Below are positions 18,701-25,976 of a DNA stretch of 64,000 nt, in pieces. Source of the stretch: Verrucomicrobiota bacterium (lineage in GTDB: Bacteria > Verrucomicrobiota > Verrucomicrobiia > Chthoniobacterales > Chthoniobacteraceae). Position 1 is the first letter of the stretch. Every line of letters begins with the position of its first letter. A model generated the notes under the pieces. That model saw only the letters and a program-made list of their open reading frames with translations, did not search any database and was not told where the DNA came from. Position numbers and translations under genes: made by a program. Location of the stretch: positions 43,675 through 107,674 of the forward strand of contig JBAWXX010000001.1 of NCBI GenBank assembly GCA_037143855.1, read 5' to 3'.

Positions 18701-19274
18701 AGGCCCGTGGGCGGTGCAGTTTGACGCCAAGTGGGGCGGTCCGGCAACCCCGGTGACCTTCGAGCACCTGGAGGATTGGAGCAAACGGCCCGAGGAGGGA
18801 ATCAAGTACTTCTCGGGCACGGCGGTTTACGAGAAGGAATTTGAAGTTCCTGAGGGCTACATGGGCACGGGCCGCAGGCTTTGGCTGGATCTCGGGCGGG
18901 TGGAGGTGATCGCCGAGGTGGAAGTGAATGGGAAAAACCTTGGTATCCTCTGGAAACCGCCGTTCGCCGCAGACATGACCGATGCGATCAAGCCGGGCAA
19001 GAACACCGTGAAAATTCGGGTGACCAATCTCTGGCCCAACCGGCTGATTGGCGATGAGCATCTGCCAGCGGATTGCGAGTATGGGCCGGAGGGAAATCTC
19101 AAAGCGTGGCCGGATTGGCTGACGAAGAACACTCCACGCATCAGCGGGCGGCGGACGTTCACAACCTGGCGCCATTGGAAGGCGGAGGACCCGCTGCTGC
19201 CCTCGGGCCTGCTCGGGCCGGTACGCCTAGTTCCGACCTTCGTTGAAACCCTCAACTTCAAGAAAGGGAAATAA
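15777..19274 (+). CDS. Large secreted glycoside hydrolase, GH106-like (alpha-L-rhamnosidase-type) with C-terminal jelly-roll sugar-binding domain
   Basis: 1165 aa with a signal peptide. The N-terminal motif FRNPPESAKPQVWWHWMNGNITKEGITVDLEAMKRVGLGG and the C-terminal VNGKNLGILWKPPFAADMTDAIKPGKNTVKIRVTNLWPNRLIGD recall this family from memory. The GH family number is unverified. Confidence 0.7.
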   Translation: MFTRNALRMLAVMLLIGSVAGADGDIERGFRNPPESAKPQVWWHWMNGNITKEGITVDLEAMKRVGLGGAQIFNADQGTPEGSARFMTEPWRQLTRHALAEADRLGLELGLHNCAGWSSSGGPWITPEHSMQTVVTSEQTVQGPAHFSAVLPKPKVFIDYYRDIAVLAFRTPRGESGRVKDCAPKVTASTPEFDAAKIMDGDLATQTPLPMPAAPLNPYVQFEFAQPFAARTLTLGGNLSWTCELQVSDDGTHFKTIRKFVTPGAMALQHLGLTDAVDPIRARFYRVEFPRQPGIQIAEVNLSERLSVEKFDVKVANCREIGFNAAPEYSVRPDNVALSAGQSAPEFAVPREGVVDLTSRMAPDGRLDWEVPPGQWTILRLGHTPTRSFNHPAAAGGMGPECDKLSKAGAEAHWAGMMQTVISDAGLLTGKSLNNVLIDSYEVGSQNWTADFRAEFLRRRGYDLGSFLPVLSNRIVASPEITERFLWDFRRTIADLFTENYYGHFATMAHRSGLQFAAEAYGMGNFDELASGGAADIPMGEFWAPSGIGGSNYCKLAAASAHTYGRKIAAAEAFTGGGKWPVHPFACKAGGDYIFSLGINRFHFHRYAMQPWTHQAPGMTLGQWGSNFERTNTWWEQSSAWMRYLARCQFLLQEGTFTADLCFLGGEDYLAGLQIPPQPSLPTGYDYDLCDRRKLLEGMKVENGLFTFPSGMRYRFLVLPDSKALTLPVVKKVRDLVAAGGTVIGSKPLFSPSLENYPACEAELRKIADEVWGPCDGKTVTENRYGKGRVIWGQSYTEIFASAKLQPDFSFTSASPGARFNTIHRTSKEADWYFVSNADKSSLEAICSFRITGKRPEFWYPDTGKIEPVAWYRIENGQTFVPMRFDPFGSVFVVFRSPSADSVVSVARDGKPIAYDKKEEGAGADRLGNLSGFGLTQKGSGVDLTAFTPGRYEFAMTSEKKAEATIDLPSPLAVEGPWAVQFDAKWGGPATPVTFEHLEDWSKRPEEGIKYFSGTAVYEKEFEVPEGYMGTGRRLWLDLGRVEVIAEVEVNGKNLGILWKPPFAADMTDAIKPGKNTVKIRVTNLWPNRLIGDEHLPADCEYGPEGNLKAWPDWLTKNTPRISGRRTFTTWRHWKAEDPLLPSGLLGPVRLVPTFVETLNFKKGK

Positions 19275-19358
19275 TGAAAAAGAACCTCCGCATCTCAATT
19301 GATGCCGAGAAGGTGAAGGAGATAGCGGTTGCCCCAGCCGGCGGCTTTTTTCCTGCCT

Positions 19359-19528
19359 CTAGAGCGTTTTTGGGTTATTTTGTCGCAATGATCTGAGAGC
19401 GCCGAGGGTTGATGCGGGGCTTTTTGAGCGCAGCGGCTGTATTTGTAAATACAGCCCAAGCGCAAAAAGACGCACAGCGACTCTCGCCGCCGAAGAGCAT
19501 ACGACAAAATAAACCGAAACCGCTCTAG
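19359..19528 (-). repeat. Family-A palindromic element, copy A2 (inverted relative to A1)
   Basis: Its reverse complement matches 4068..4236 base for base by eye. The right terminus CGCTCTAG contains the TAG stop of moeB (19525..19527, minus strand). Confidence 0.9.
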
Positions 19529-20703
19529 AGCGGCATGGCCGGATCAATCTCGCGGGCCCAGGCTGCGATGCCGCCTTCCACGTTCCAGAGCTTGGTAAAA
19601 CCGGCCTTCTGGAGCCGTTGGAGGGCTTGGGCGCTGCGCACGCCGGATTTGCAAAGCAGCACGATCTCCTGTGCGCGGTCCAGGGCAGGAAGATGCGAGG
19701 GGAGATCCCCCAGCGGGATCAGCCGTGCGCCGGGGATCTGGCAAATGGCCGACTCAAATGGCTCGCGCACGTCGATCAGCAGGAACGGTTCCCGCGCATC
19801 AAGCTTCCGCTTCAAGTCCCCGACGGAAAGCGTGGGAATGGCGGCTTGCGCAGCGGAGACCGGCGGCTCGTGCGCCCCGCCCGCACCCGCGCTGCCGGCG
19901 TGGCAAAAGTGGGCGTAATCCACCGGCGCGGTGATGGAGGGATGCTCGCCGCAGACGGGGCATTTGGGGTCCCTGCGCAGTTTGAACTCGCGGAACCGGA
20001 ACCGGAGGGCGTCGAAGTGGGCCAACCGGCCGATCAGCGGCTCGCCGATGTCCGCAATCAGCTTGAGGGCTTCGAGCGCCTGCAGGGTGCCGATCACTCC
20101 CGGAAGCACGCCCATCACCCCCCCTTCCGCACAGCCCGGAACGCTGCCGGGCGGGGGCGGCTCGGGGAGCATGCAGCGGTAACACGGGCCGCCGAGATGG
20201 GGCGCGAAGACGGAACACTGGCCCTCGAACCGGAGAATGGAGCCGTAGATGTTCGGTTTTTTCAGGAAAACGCTGACGTCGTTGGAAAGGTAGCGGGTGG
20301 GGAAATTATCGGTCCCGTCGAGCACGATGTCATAGTCCCGGGCGATTTCCATCGCGTTCCCGGCCTGGAAAAGGGTGTCGTGCAGGTCGACCTGGACGTG
20401 CGGGTTCACGTCGTGCAGCCGGTCGCGCGCGGAGGCGAGTTTCTTGCGGCCGATGTCCTTGGTGCCGTGGAGGATCTGCCGCTGGAGATTGGTGGCGTCG
20501 ACGCTGTCGGCATCGACCAACCCGAGCCGCCCGATGCCCGCGGCGGCCAGGTAGAGGGCGGCGGACGAACCCAATCCCCCCGCGCCAATGCAGAGAACAC
20601 TCGCCGCCTGGAACCGCGCCTGCCCTTCGAGCCCGATCTCCGGCAACGCAAGATGCCGCGCATAGCGGATCGCCTCGGCCGGGCTCAAAGTAGAGGATTG
20701 CAA
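19525..20703 (-). CDS. moeB: ThiF/MoeB-family adenylyltransferase fused to a C-terminal rhodanese domain (MoeZ-type)
   Basis: 392 aa. Motifs are YARHLALPEIGLEGQ, the nucleotide loop GAGGLGS, CxxC pairs (CYRC, CPVC) and the rhodanese active-site loop CKSGVRS. Confidence 0.9.
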   Translation of the reverse strand: MQSSTLSPAEAIRYARHLALPEIGLEGQARFQAASVLCIGAGGLGSSAALYLAAAGIGRLGLVDADSVDATNLQRQILHGTKDIGRKKLASARDRLHDVNPHVQVDLHDTLFQAGNAMEIARDYDIVLDGTDNFPTRYLSNDVSVFLKKPNIYGSILRFEGQCSVFAPHLGGPCYRCMLPEPPPPGSVPGCAEGGVMGVLPGVIGTLQALEALKLIADIGEPLIGRLAHFDALRFRFREFKLRRDPKCPVCGEHPSITAPVDYAHFCHAGSAGAGGAHEPPVSAAQAAIPTLSVGDLKRKLDAREPFLLIDVREPFESAICQIPGARLIPLGDLPSHLPALDRAQEIVLLCKSGVRSAQALQRLQKAGFTKLWNVEGGIAAWAREIDPAMPL

Positions 20704-20712
20704 CCGGGAGCC

Positions 20713-21102
20713 CTATTTGACGATCAGCTTGAAGGAGGCCTTCTGGCCGGTGCTGCTGATGCCGGCGGCTTTGCCTTCGGCCTTGATTTTCTTGGCCACG
20801 GTGGCCGAGGAGGAGCCGAGCTTGGCGGCCACGCTCCGGTAGTTGGTGGCGCCGCCTTTGATCGCCTCGACGACTTGGGCGATGGTCACGCTGGTTCGGG
20901 CTTTGCGGCCGATGGCTTTTGCGGGAGCCGGCTCGCTGGTCATTTTTTCAATCTGGCTTTGCAGGTCCACCACCAAAGCGCGCGCCTCGGCAAGTTTTAC
21001 CTTTAATTCCAAAATGGCCCGATGGCGCAATTGTTCAATTTGCCGCTGGAGGGTTTCAATCTGTTCTGTTGCCCCAGAGGCATTCGTTGTAGAGTTAATC
21101 AT
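20713..21102 (-). CDS. Small coiled-coil protein with a basic helix-turn-helix-like C-terminal domain (hypothetical, possibly DNA-binding)
   Basis: 129 aa. It has an N-terminal heptad-like region (IETLQRQIEQLRHRAILELKVKLAEARALVVDLQSQIEKM) and a C-terminal TIAQVVEAIKGGATNYRSVAAKLGSSSATVAKKIK. It lies 9 nt upstream of moeB on the same strand. Confidence 0.55.
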   Translation of the reverse strand: MINSTTNASGATEQIETLQRQIEQLRHRAILELKVKLAEARALVVDLQSQIEKMTSEPAPAKAIGRKARTSVTIAQVVEAIKGGATNYRSVAAKLGSSSATVAKKIKAEGKAAGISSTGQKASFKLIVK

Positions 21103-21279
21103 ATCTAACTATAAAGGCCGCCCACCGTGGAAATGTCAATAGAAGATAAATAGGAAACCACTCAACCGACGCGGAGACAGGTGCAAGCAAGTTTTGCTGG
21201 ATGCCGAAGTCGGGAGCGGCGATGGCAGACGGCGAAAAATCGCTTGCAGATGGCCCGTGGCGATTGAATCAGCGATTTC

Positions 21280-21741
21280 CTAACGATGCCAGCGCCCTCC
21301 CACTACCACAACGGATGGCCCGTAATAATACGGATAATAGGGATCATAAGCGCCGTAAGGATACCAGGGGCGCGGGCCATAATAGGGACCGGGATAGGGC
21401 CTCGGGCCAAAAAGAGAGGGCGTTTCAAGCAGATAATTGATCACTTCCTGGCCTACCTTGCCTTGATTCAAACGAGCGAGCGCCGGTTTATCCAAAGAAT
21501 AAATGGCCTGTGTGGAATAGAGATAGCGGATGATAAGAGGCGGCGGAACTTGCCGCTGGGATAGTTCAATAATATCATTCAAAACCAATACTTCCCCATG
21601 CATCATTTTATCGTAAATAACCGGAGATACATTGTGGGCTGCCAAAGTGTTACGCTCGGTGCGGTCAATGGAAGCGCATCCGGCAAAAACAAAAAGCGCC
21701 AAAAGGGATGTTAGAAAAGAAAGGAATATCCGCTGTTTCAT
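21280..21741 (-). CDS. Lipoprotein with a Tyr/Pro/Gly-rich C-terminal tail
   Basis: ATG at 21741 gives MKQRIFLSFLTSLLALFVFAGC-AS (lipobox). The tail is GPRPYPGPYYGPRPWYPYGAYDPYYPYYYGPS. The longer track ORF start at 21852 was rejected because it runs into repeat A3. Confidence 0.65.
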   Translation of the reverse strand: MKQRIFLSFLTSLLALFVFAGCASIDRTERNTLAAHNVSPVIYDKMMHGEVLVLNDIIELSQRQVPPPLIIRYLYSTQAIYSLDKPALARLNQGKVGQEVINYLLETPSLFGPRPYPGPYYGPRPWYPYGAYDPYYPYYYGPSVVVVGGRWHR

Positions 21742-21853
21742 ATGGCCAAGCGGAATAACGCCAAAGGGAGCCGTTTTCAATCCAAAAAATGCCGGGCAAA
21801 GCCGGATTGGGGGGACAGTGAAAAGGGCGGTCGAAAAGTGCGGAACCTTCAAT

Positions 21854-22020
21854 CTAAAGCGTTTTAAGTTGAGATGTAGCCGATGATTTGCGAGCGCCGC
21901 AGGCCGGTGCGCGGCTTTTCAAGCGAAGCGGCTGTATTTTCGATGCTGCCCGAGCTTGAAGGGACGCGCAACGGTCTGCGCCGCCGCAAAGCGCGGCTAC
22001 AGAAAAACTTTCCAAAGAGA
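21854..22020 (-). repeat. Family-A element, diverged copy A3
   Basis: CTAAAGCGTTTTAAGTT...GATGATTTGCGAGCGCCGCAGG...CAAGCGAAGCGGCTGTATTTTCGATGCTGCC...GCGCCGCCGCAAAGCG aligns block by block with A2, with many substitutions. The right boundary is approximate. Confidence 0.7.
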
Positions 22021-22064
22021 GGCGTGCATGGGGAGACGCTTCTCTGAAATTCGCAAACACGGCC

Positions 22065-23282
22065 TCAGCGGCCCACGGCGTGGAAAAAGCGGGCCATGTC
22101 GTCGGAATCCCCCTCGATAATGACGACGCAGACGGTTTCGCGGTTGCTCCAGACCGCCAAGGCCCATTCCTCCTGCTGGAAGGTGCGCCAGCCTCCCGGT
22201 TCGATCCCCACTTGGAGGTCGGCGGTCCGAAAAACCAGCAGGCGCGCCCTGTCGATGCCGGCCGTCTTGCGCAGGGCGACTTCCGCCACGGGGAGGTTCC
22301 CCTGCTTCCAGACGCGGCACCCGATGGCTTGCGCTTTGTCCACGGGCGGCGGGAGGGCGTATCCTTCAAAGCCCTTCAGGACAAACCAATCGTCGAGCTT
22401 GCCCGCTTCCGTGGGACTGACGGCTTCGAACTCCGGCTCGGTCAGTTCGGTTTCCGCAGCCACAAGGGTTTCAATGGCCTCTCTGCCGGAGAAATTCCCC
22501 ATCCGGGTTTTGGCCATATAGACCAGGACGCCCACGACGACGACCAGCGCCAGGGCGATGGCCAACACCGCCGGTTGGAAGAGCACCATGCGCAGGCCGG
22601 GGCGCGGCGGCACCGCCTGGTAGAGAAGCGCCAATTCCGGGGGAATGGCGACGGCTTCGATGGCCGCGTGCCATTGGCGGTCGGCGGCCGCCTGGGCCTC
22701 GAGCGGCGCCGTCGCCGCCGGTTCGGGGGAAGCCTCGGCGGCGCGGACGGCTTTGGCAACTTTGGCGCGGTCCCCTCCCCACGGCCGATGGACGCGCAAG
22801 AGGGCGTTTTCGGGGAAAACGGAGCCCTCGGGGGCGAGGGCCTGCCGTGCCGCCGCCAGCGCCTTGGCGAAGCCGGCCCGTGAAAGCACCAGCAGTTCCG
22901 CCAGATCGTCCAGGCTGCTATCGGCGCAATGGAAAAGGGCGAAGGCGCTCCGGGCCGGTTCCGGCAAGGCGGAAACGCGCCTGGGAAAGGAAGAAATGTT
23001 CGCCGGATCGTTGCTCTGCCGCCACTGGAGAGCCTGGGTGCGGATTTGGCGCAGGAGCCACATTTTCCGGCGTTCCCGGCTGCGGAGCTGGGCCAATTCG
23101 TCCGGCGCAATGGCCAAAATTTTCTCCAAAATCGTGGCGGCTGCCGCGGCCTCCCCCGTCAGCAACAACGCGAGGCGGTACCACCCGCCATCGGGTTCCG
23201 GCGCGGGCGTGGAAGGCTGCTGCGGGGAGTGCTGATGGGGCTCAGGGGGCTGGGCTGGCTGGTTGGGAAGGGAACTCTCCAC
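22065..23282 (-). CDS. Membrane-tethered ECF-sigma-like protein (sigma region 2/4-like N-domain, one TM helix, extracytoplasmic C-domain)
   Basis: 405 aa. The sigma region-4-like segment is LPEPARSAFALFHCADSSLDDLAELLVLSRAGFAKALAAARQAL. The TM helix is VLFQPAVLAIALALVVVVGVLVY. A ~135-aa C-terminal domain follows. Confidence 0.6.
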   Translation of the reverse strand: MESSLPNQPAQPPEPHQHSPQQPSTPAPEPDGGWYRLALLLTGEAAAAATILEKILAIAPDELAQLRSRERRKMWLLRQIRTQALQWRQSNDPANISSFPRRVSALPEPARSAFALFHCADSSLDDLAELLVLSRAGFAKALAAARQALAPEGSVFPENALLRVHRPWGGDRAKVAKAVRAAEASPEPAATAPLEAQAAADRQWHAAIEAVAIPPELALLYQAVPPRPGLRMVLFQPAVLAIALALVVVVGVLVYMAKTRMGNFSGREAIETLVAAETELTEPEFEAVSPTEAGKLDDWFVLKGFEGYALPPPVDKAQAIGCRVWKQGNLPVAEVALRKTAGIDRARLLVFRTADLQVGIEPGGWRTFQQEEWALAVWSNRETVCVVIIEGDSDDMARFFHAVGR

Positions 23283-23458
23283 AAGACTTCAAGCTAGGGA
23301 AGGGCGGTTGAAACCGCAAGGCATTTGCTCTCGGCGTTTCCCCGGTCCATTTTCTTTCCCCGGTGCGCAAACAAGAGATGGTTGACCCTCGACACGCTCA
23401 AAAATCCATGGAATCCTATGCGTCTCGCTCACAAACTTAGGCGAGCCTACGCCCAACC

Positions 23459-25654
23459 GTGAAACCCGTTCTGCATATCCTCTTTGTTTGTACTGGGAAT
23501 ATCTGCCGCAGCCCCATGGCAGAGGGGCTCCTTCGCAAAATGATCCGCAGCGGCGACGCCATCGAAGCGGCCTCCGCCGGGATCAGCGCCGCCAACGGCT
23601 TCCCGGCCAGCGCGCATGCGGTTGCGGCCCTGCGCCCCTTGGGGGCGGATCTCTCCCATTTCCGCAGCCAGCCGCTGACGGAAGCGCTCGTCGCGGAGGC
23701 CGATTACATCTTCGCCATGACGCACGGGCACCTGGATGTCATCCTGACGTTCTTTCCCGAAGCCTCGGAGAAAACCTTTCTTTTGACGGAATTCCTGCCC
23801 GGCCCGGACAAACGCTCGGACATTCCCGACCCCATCGGCCAGGGGCTGGATGTTTACGTCAAATGCCGCGACCGGATTCGAACGGCTCTTTCCAGCATTT
23901 TAAAGTTCCTCAACCATAACAAGCCCAAGCACCAGCCCATGACCACTCCCACCGCAAGCAGTAAGTCTCTCCACATTGCCATCGCCGCCGACCATGGCGG
24001 CTTTGAATTGAAAAAAACCGTCCACGCCTACCTTTCCGGCAAAGGGCTGCTGGTGGCGGATTTCGGCGTTTTCACCCCCGAATCGGTCGATTACCCAGAC
24101 TTTGCCGCGCTGGTCTGCAACGAAGTGATCGCGGGTAAGGCCGATTTCGGCATCCTCATCTGCACCAGCGGCATCGGCATGAGCATCGCCGCCAACCGCT
24201 ACCCGCAGATCCGCGCCGCGCTCGTCACCACCCCCGAGGACGCCGTCCTCACCCGCCAGCACAATAACGCCAACATTCTCTGCATGGGGGCCAGGGGAGC
24301 CGCGCTCGAGAACGTCAAGAAGACCCTCGACGCCTTCCTCGCCACCCCGTTCGACGGGGGCAACCGGCACGAACGGCGCGTCTGCAAGCTCGGCCACGTG
24401 GGCGAGGAATTCCAGCCCGGCGGCTGCATCGCCAAGGTGGACCCCGAACTGGCCCAGGCCATCACCGCCGAAGGCGAACGCCAGTTTGAGAACATCGAGC
24501 TGATCGCCTCGGAGAACTTCACCAGCCGCGCCGTCATGGAGGCGCAAGGCTCCTGCCTCACCAACAAATACGCCGAAGGCTACCCGGGCAAACGGTGGTA
24601 TGGCGGCTGCGAACACGTCGATGTCGTGGAGCAACTGGCCATCGACCGGGCCAAAGCCCTCTTCGGCGCGGAGCACGCCAACGTCCAGCCCCACTCCGGC
24701 AGCCAGGCCAACATGGCCGTCTACTTCTCCGTCCTCACCCCCGGCGACCGCATCCTGGCCATGAACCTGGCCCACGGCGGCCACCTCACCCACGGGCACA
24801 AGGCGAATTTCTCCGGCCGCTTCTTTGAAGTCGGCGCCTACGGCGTCAGCCCGGAAACCGAAGCCATCGACTACGACGCCCTGGCCACCCAGGCCACCGA
24901 GTTCAAGCCCAGGATGCTCGTCGCGGGCGCTTCCGCCTACCCGCGCATCATCGACTTCCAGCGGCTGCGCGAAATCGCCGACTCCGTGGGCGCGTATCTT
25001 TTCGTCGACATGGCCCACGTCGCGGGCCTCGTCGCGGGCGGCATGCACCCGAGCCCCGTCCCGCTGGCCGACTTCGTCACCACCACCACCCACAAGAGCC
25101 TGCGCGGCCCCCGGGGCGGCATCATCCTGTGCAAGGCGCAATACGCCAAGGCCGTCGATTCCCAAGTCTTCCCCGGCATCCAGGGCGGGCCGCTCATGCA
25201 CGTCGTCGCGGGCAAAGCCGTCTGCCTCTACGAAGCCTTGCAGCCGGGCTTCAAAGTCTATGCCCAGCAGATCGTCAGCAACGCCAAGGCCCTGGCCGCC
25301 CAACTCCAACGGCACGGATACCGGCTCGTTTCCGGCGGCACCGACAACCATCTCATGCTCGTCGACCTGCGGCCCAAGGGCCTCAACGGCAAGCTCGCCA
25401 GCGAGACGCTCGACAAAGCCGGGATCACCGTCAACAAAAACGGCATCCCCTTCGACACCGAGAAAATCACCCTCACCGGCGGCATCCGCATCGGCACCCC
25501 GGCCGTCACCACGCGCGGCATGAAGGAAGAGCAGATGATGCAGATCGCTGATTTCATCCACGAAGCCCTCACCCACAAGGACGACGACGACGCGCTGGCC
25601 AAAGTGCGCGCCCACGTCCGGGAACTGACCCGGCAATACCCGCTGCCGAGGTAG
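23459..25654 (+). CDS. glyA: Triple-domain fusion: low-molecular-weight protein (Tyr/Arg) phosphatase + ribose-5-phosphate isomerase B + serine hydroxymethyltransferase
   Basis: A single uninterrupted 731-aa ORF with a GTG start. The CX5R(S) P-loop is [14 protein letters not shown]. The RpiB block is [15 protein letters not shown]...[14 protein letters not shown]. The SHMT block is [39 protein letters not shown]...[14 protein letters not shown]. No stop codon lies between the modules. Confidence 0.85.
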   Translation: MKPVLHILFVCTGNICRSPMAEGLLRKMIRSGDAIEAASAGISAANGFPASAHAVAALRPLGADLSHFRSQPLTEALVAEADYIFAMTHGHLDVILTFFPEASEKTFLLTEFLPGPDKRSDIPDPIGQGLDVYVKCRDRIRTALSSILKFLNHNKPKHQPMTTPTASSKSLHIAIAADHGGFELKKTVHAYLSGKGLLVADFGVFTPESVDYPDFAALVCNEVIAGKADFGILICTSGIGMSIAANRYPQIRAALVTTPEDAVLTRQHNNANILCMGARGAALENVKKTLDAFLATPFDGGNRHERRVCKLGHVGEEFQPGGCIAKVDPELAQAITAEGERQFENIELIASENFTSRAVMEAQGSCLTNKYAEGYPGKRWYGGCEHVDVVEQLAIDRAKALFGAEHANVQPHSGSQANMAVYFSVLTPGDRILAMNLAHGGHLTHGHKANFSGRFFEVGAYGVSPETEAIDYDALATQATEFKPRMLVAGASAYPRIIDFQRLREIADSVGAYLFVDMAHVAGLVAGGMHPSPVPLADFVTTTTHKSLRGPRGGIILCKAQYAKAVDSQVFPGIQGGPLMHVVAGKAVCLYEALQPGFKVYAQQIVSNAKALAAQLQRHGYRLVSGGTDNHLMLVDLRPKGLNGKLASETLDKAGITVNKNGIPFDTEKITLTGGIRIGTPAVTTRGMKEEQMMQIADFIHEALTHKDDDDALAKVRAHVRELTRQYPLPR

Positions 25655-25690
25655 GAAAGGACGGCTCCGCGAACATTCCCAGCGTCAGGC

Positions 25691-25750
25691 ACCACCAGTG
25701 AAACTGGTGGCGTGGACGAGGAGCCGCTCAAAGCGGCCTATTGATAGACG
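25691..25750 (+). repeat. Double-hairpin repeat (family D), copy 2
   Basis: ACCACCAGT-GAA-ACTGGTGG and GCCGCT-CAA-AGCGGC hairpins occur in the same order and spacing as the reverse complement of 10441..10502. Confidence 0.5.
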
Positions 25751-25805
25751 CAGGCCCTGTTTGCCTTCAACGCGTTCTCCTCTTCCTCTTTGTCTCTCTT
25801 CGTGC

Positions 25806-25976
25806 CTTGGTGTTAAAAACTATGAAGTGTTTACAATGATGCGAGAGCGCCGTGGGTTGTTGCGCGGGCTCTTCAAGCGAAGCGGCTGTATTTTTCAATA
25901 CTGCCGGAGCTTGAAAGACCGCGCATCGGCCCGCCCCGCCGAGCAGCGTGTAAACAACCAAATTTAAACCGCTCTA
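25806..25976 (-). repeat. Family-A element, diverged copy A4
   Basis: CAATGATGCGAGAGCGCCGTGGGTTG...CAAGCGAAGCGGCTGTATTTTTCAATACTGCC...AAACCGCTCTA aligns with A2/A3. The left boundary is degenerate and approximate. The right terminus contains the TAG stop of mnmE (25974..25976). Confidence 0.65.

Noticed and set aside
4068-19528. Interpretation of the repeat-bracketed segment as a composite transposon or prophage
   Set aside because: No transposase, integrase, recombinase or phage structural genes were found anywhere in the segment. The observation is kept only as a repeat-bracketed, possibly invertible or acquired region.
23900-25636. 578-aa minus-strand ORF
   Set aside because: It is antisense to the SHMT part of the fusion gene, whose motifs are unambiguous. 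It is a shadow ORF.
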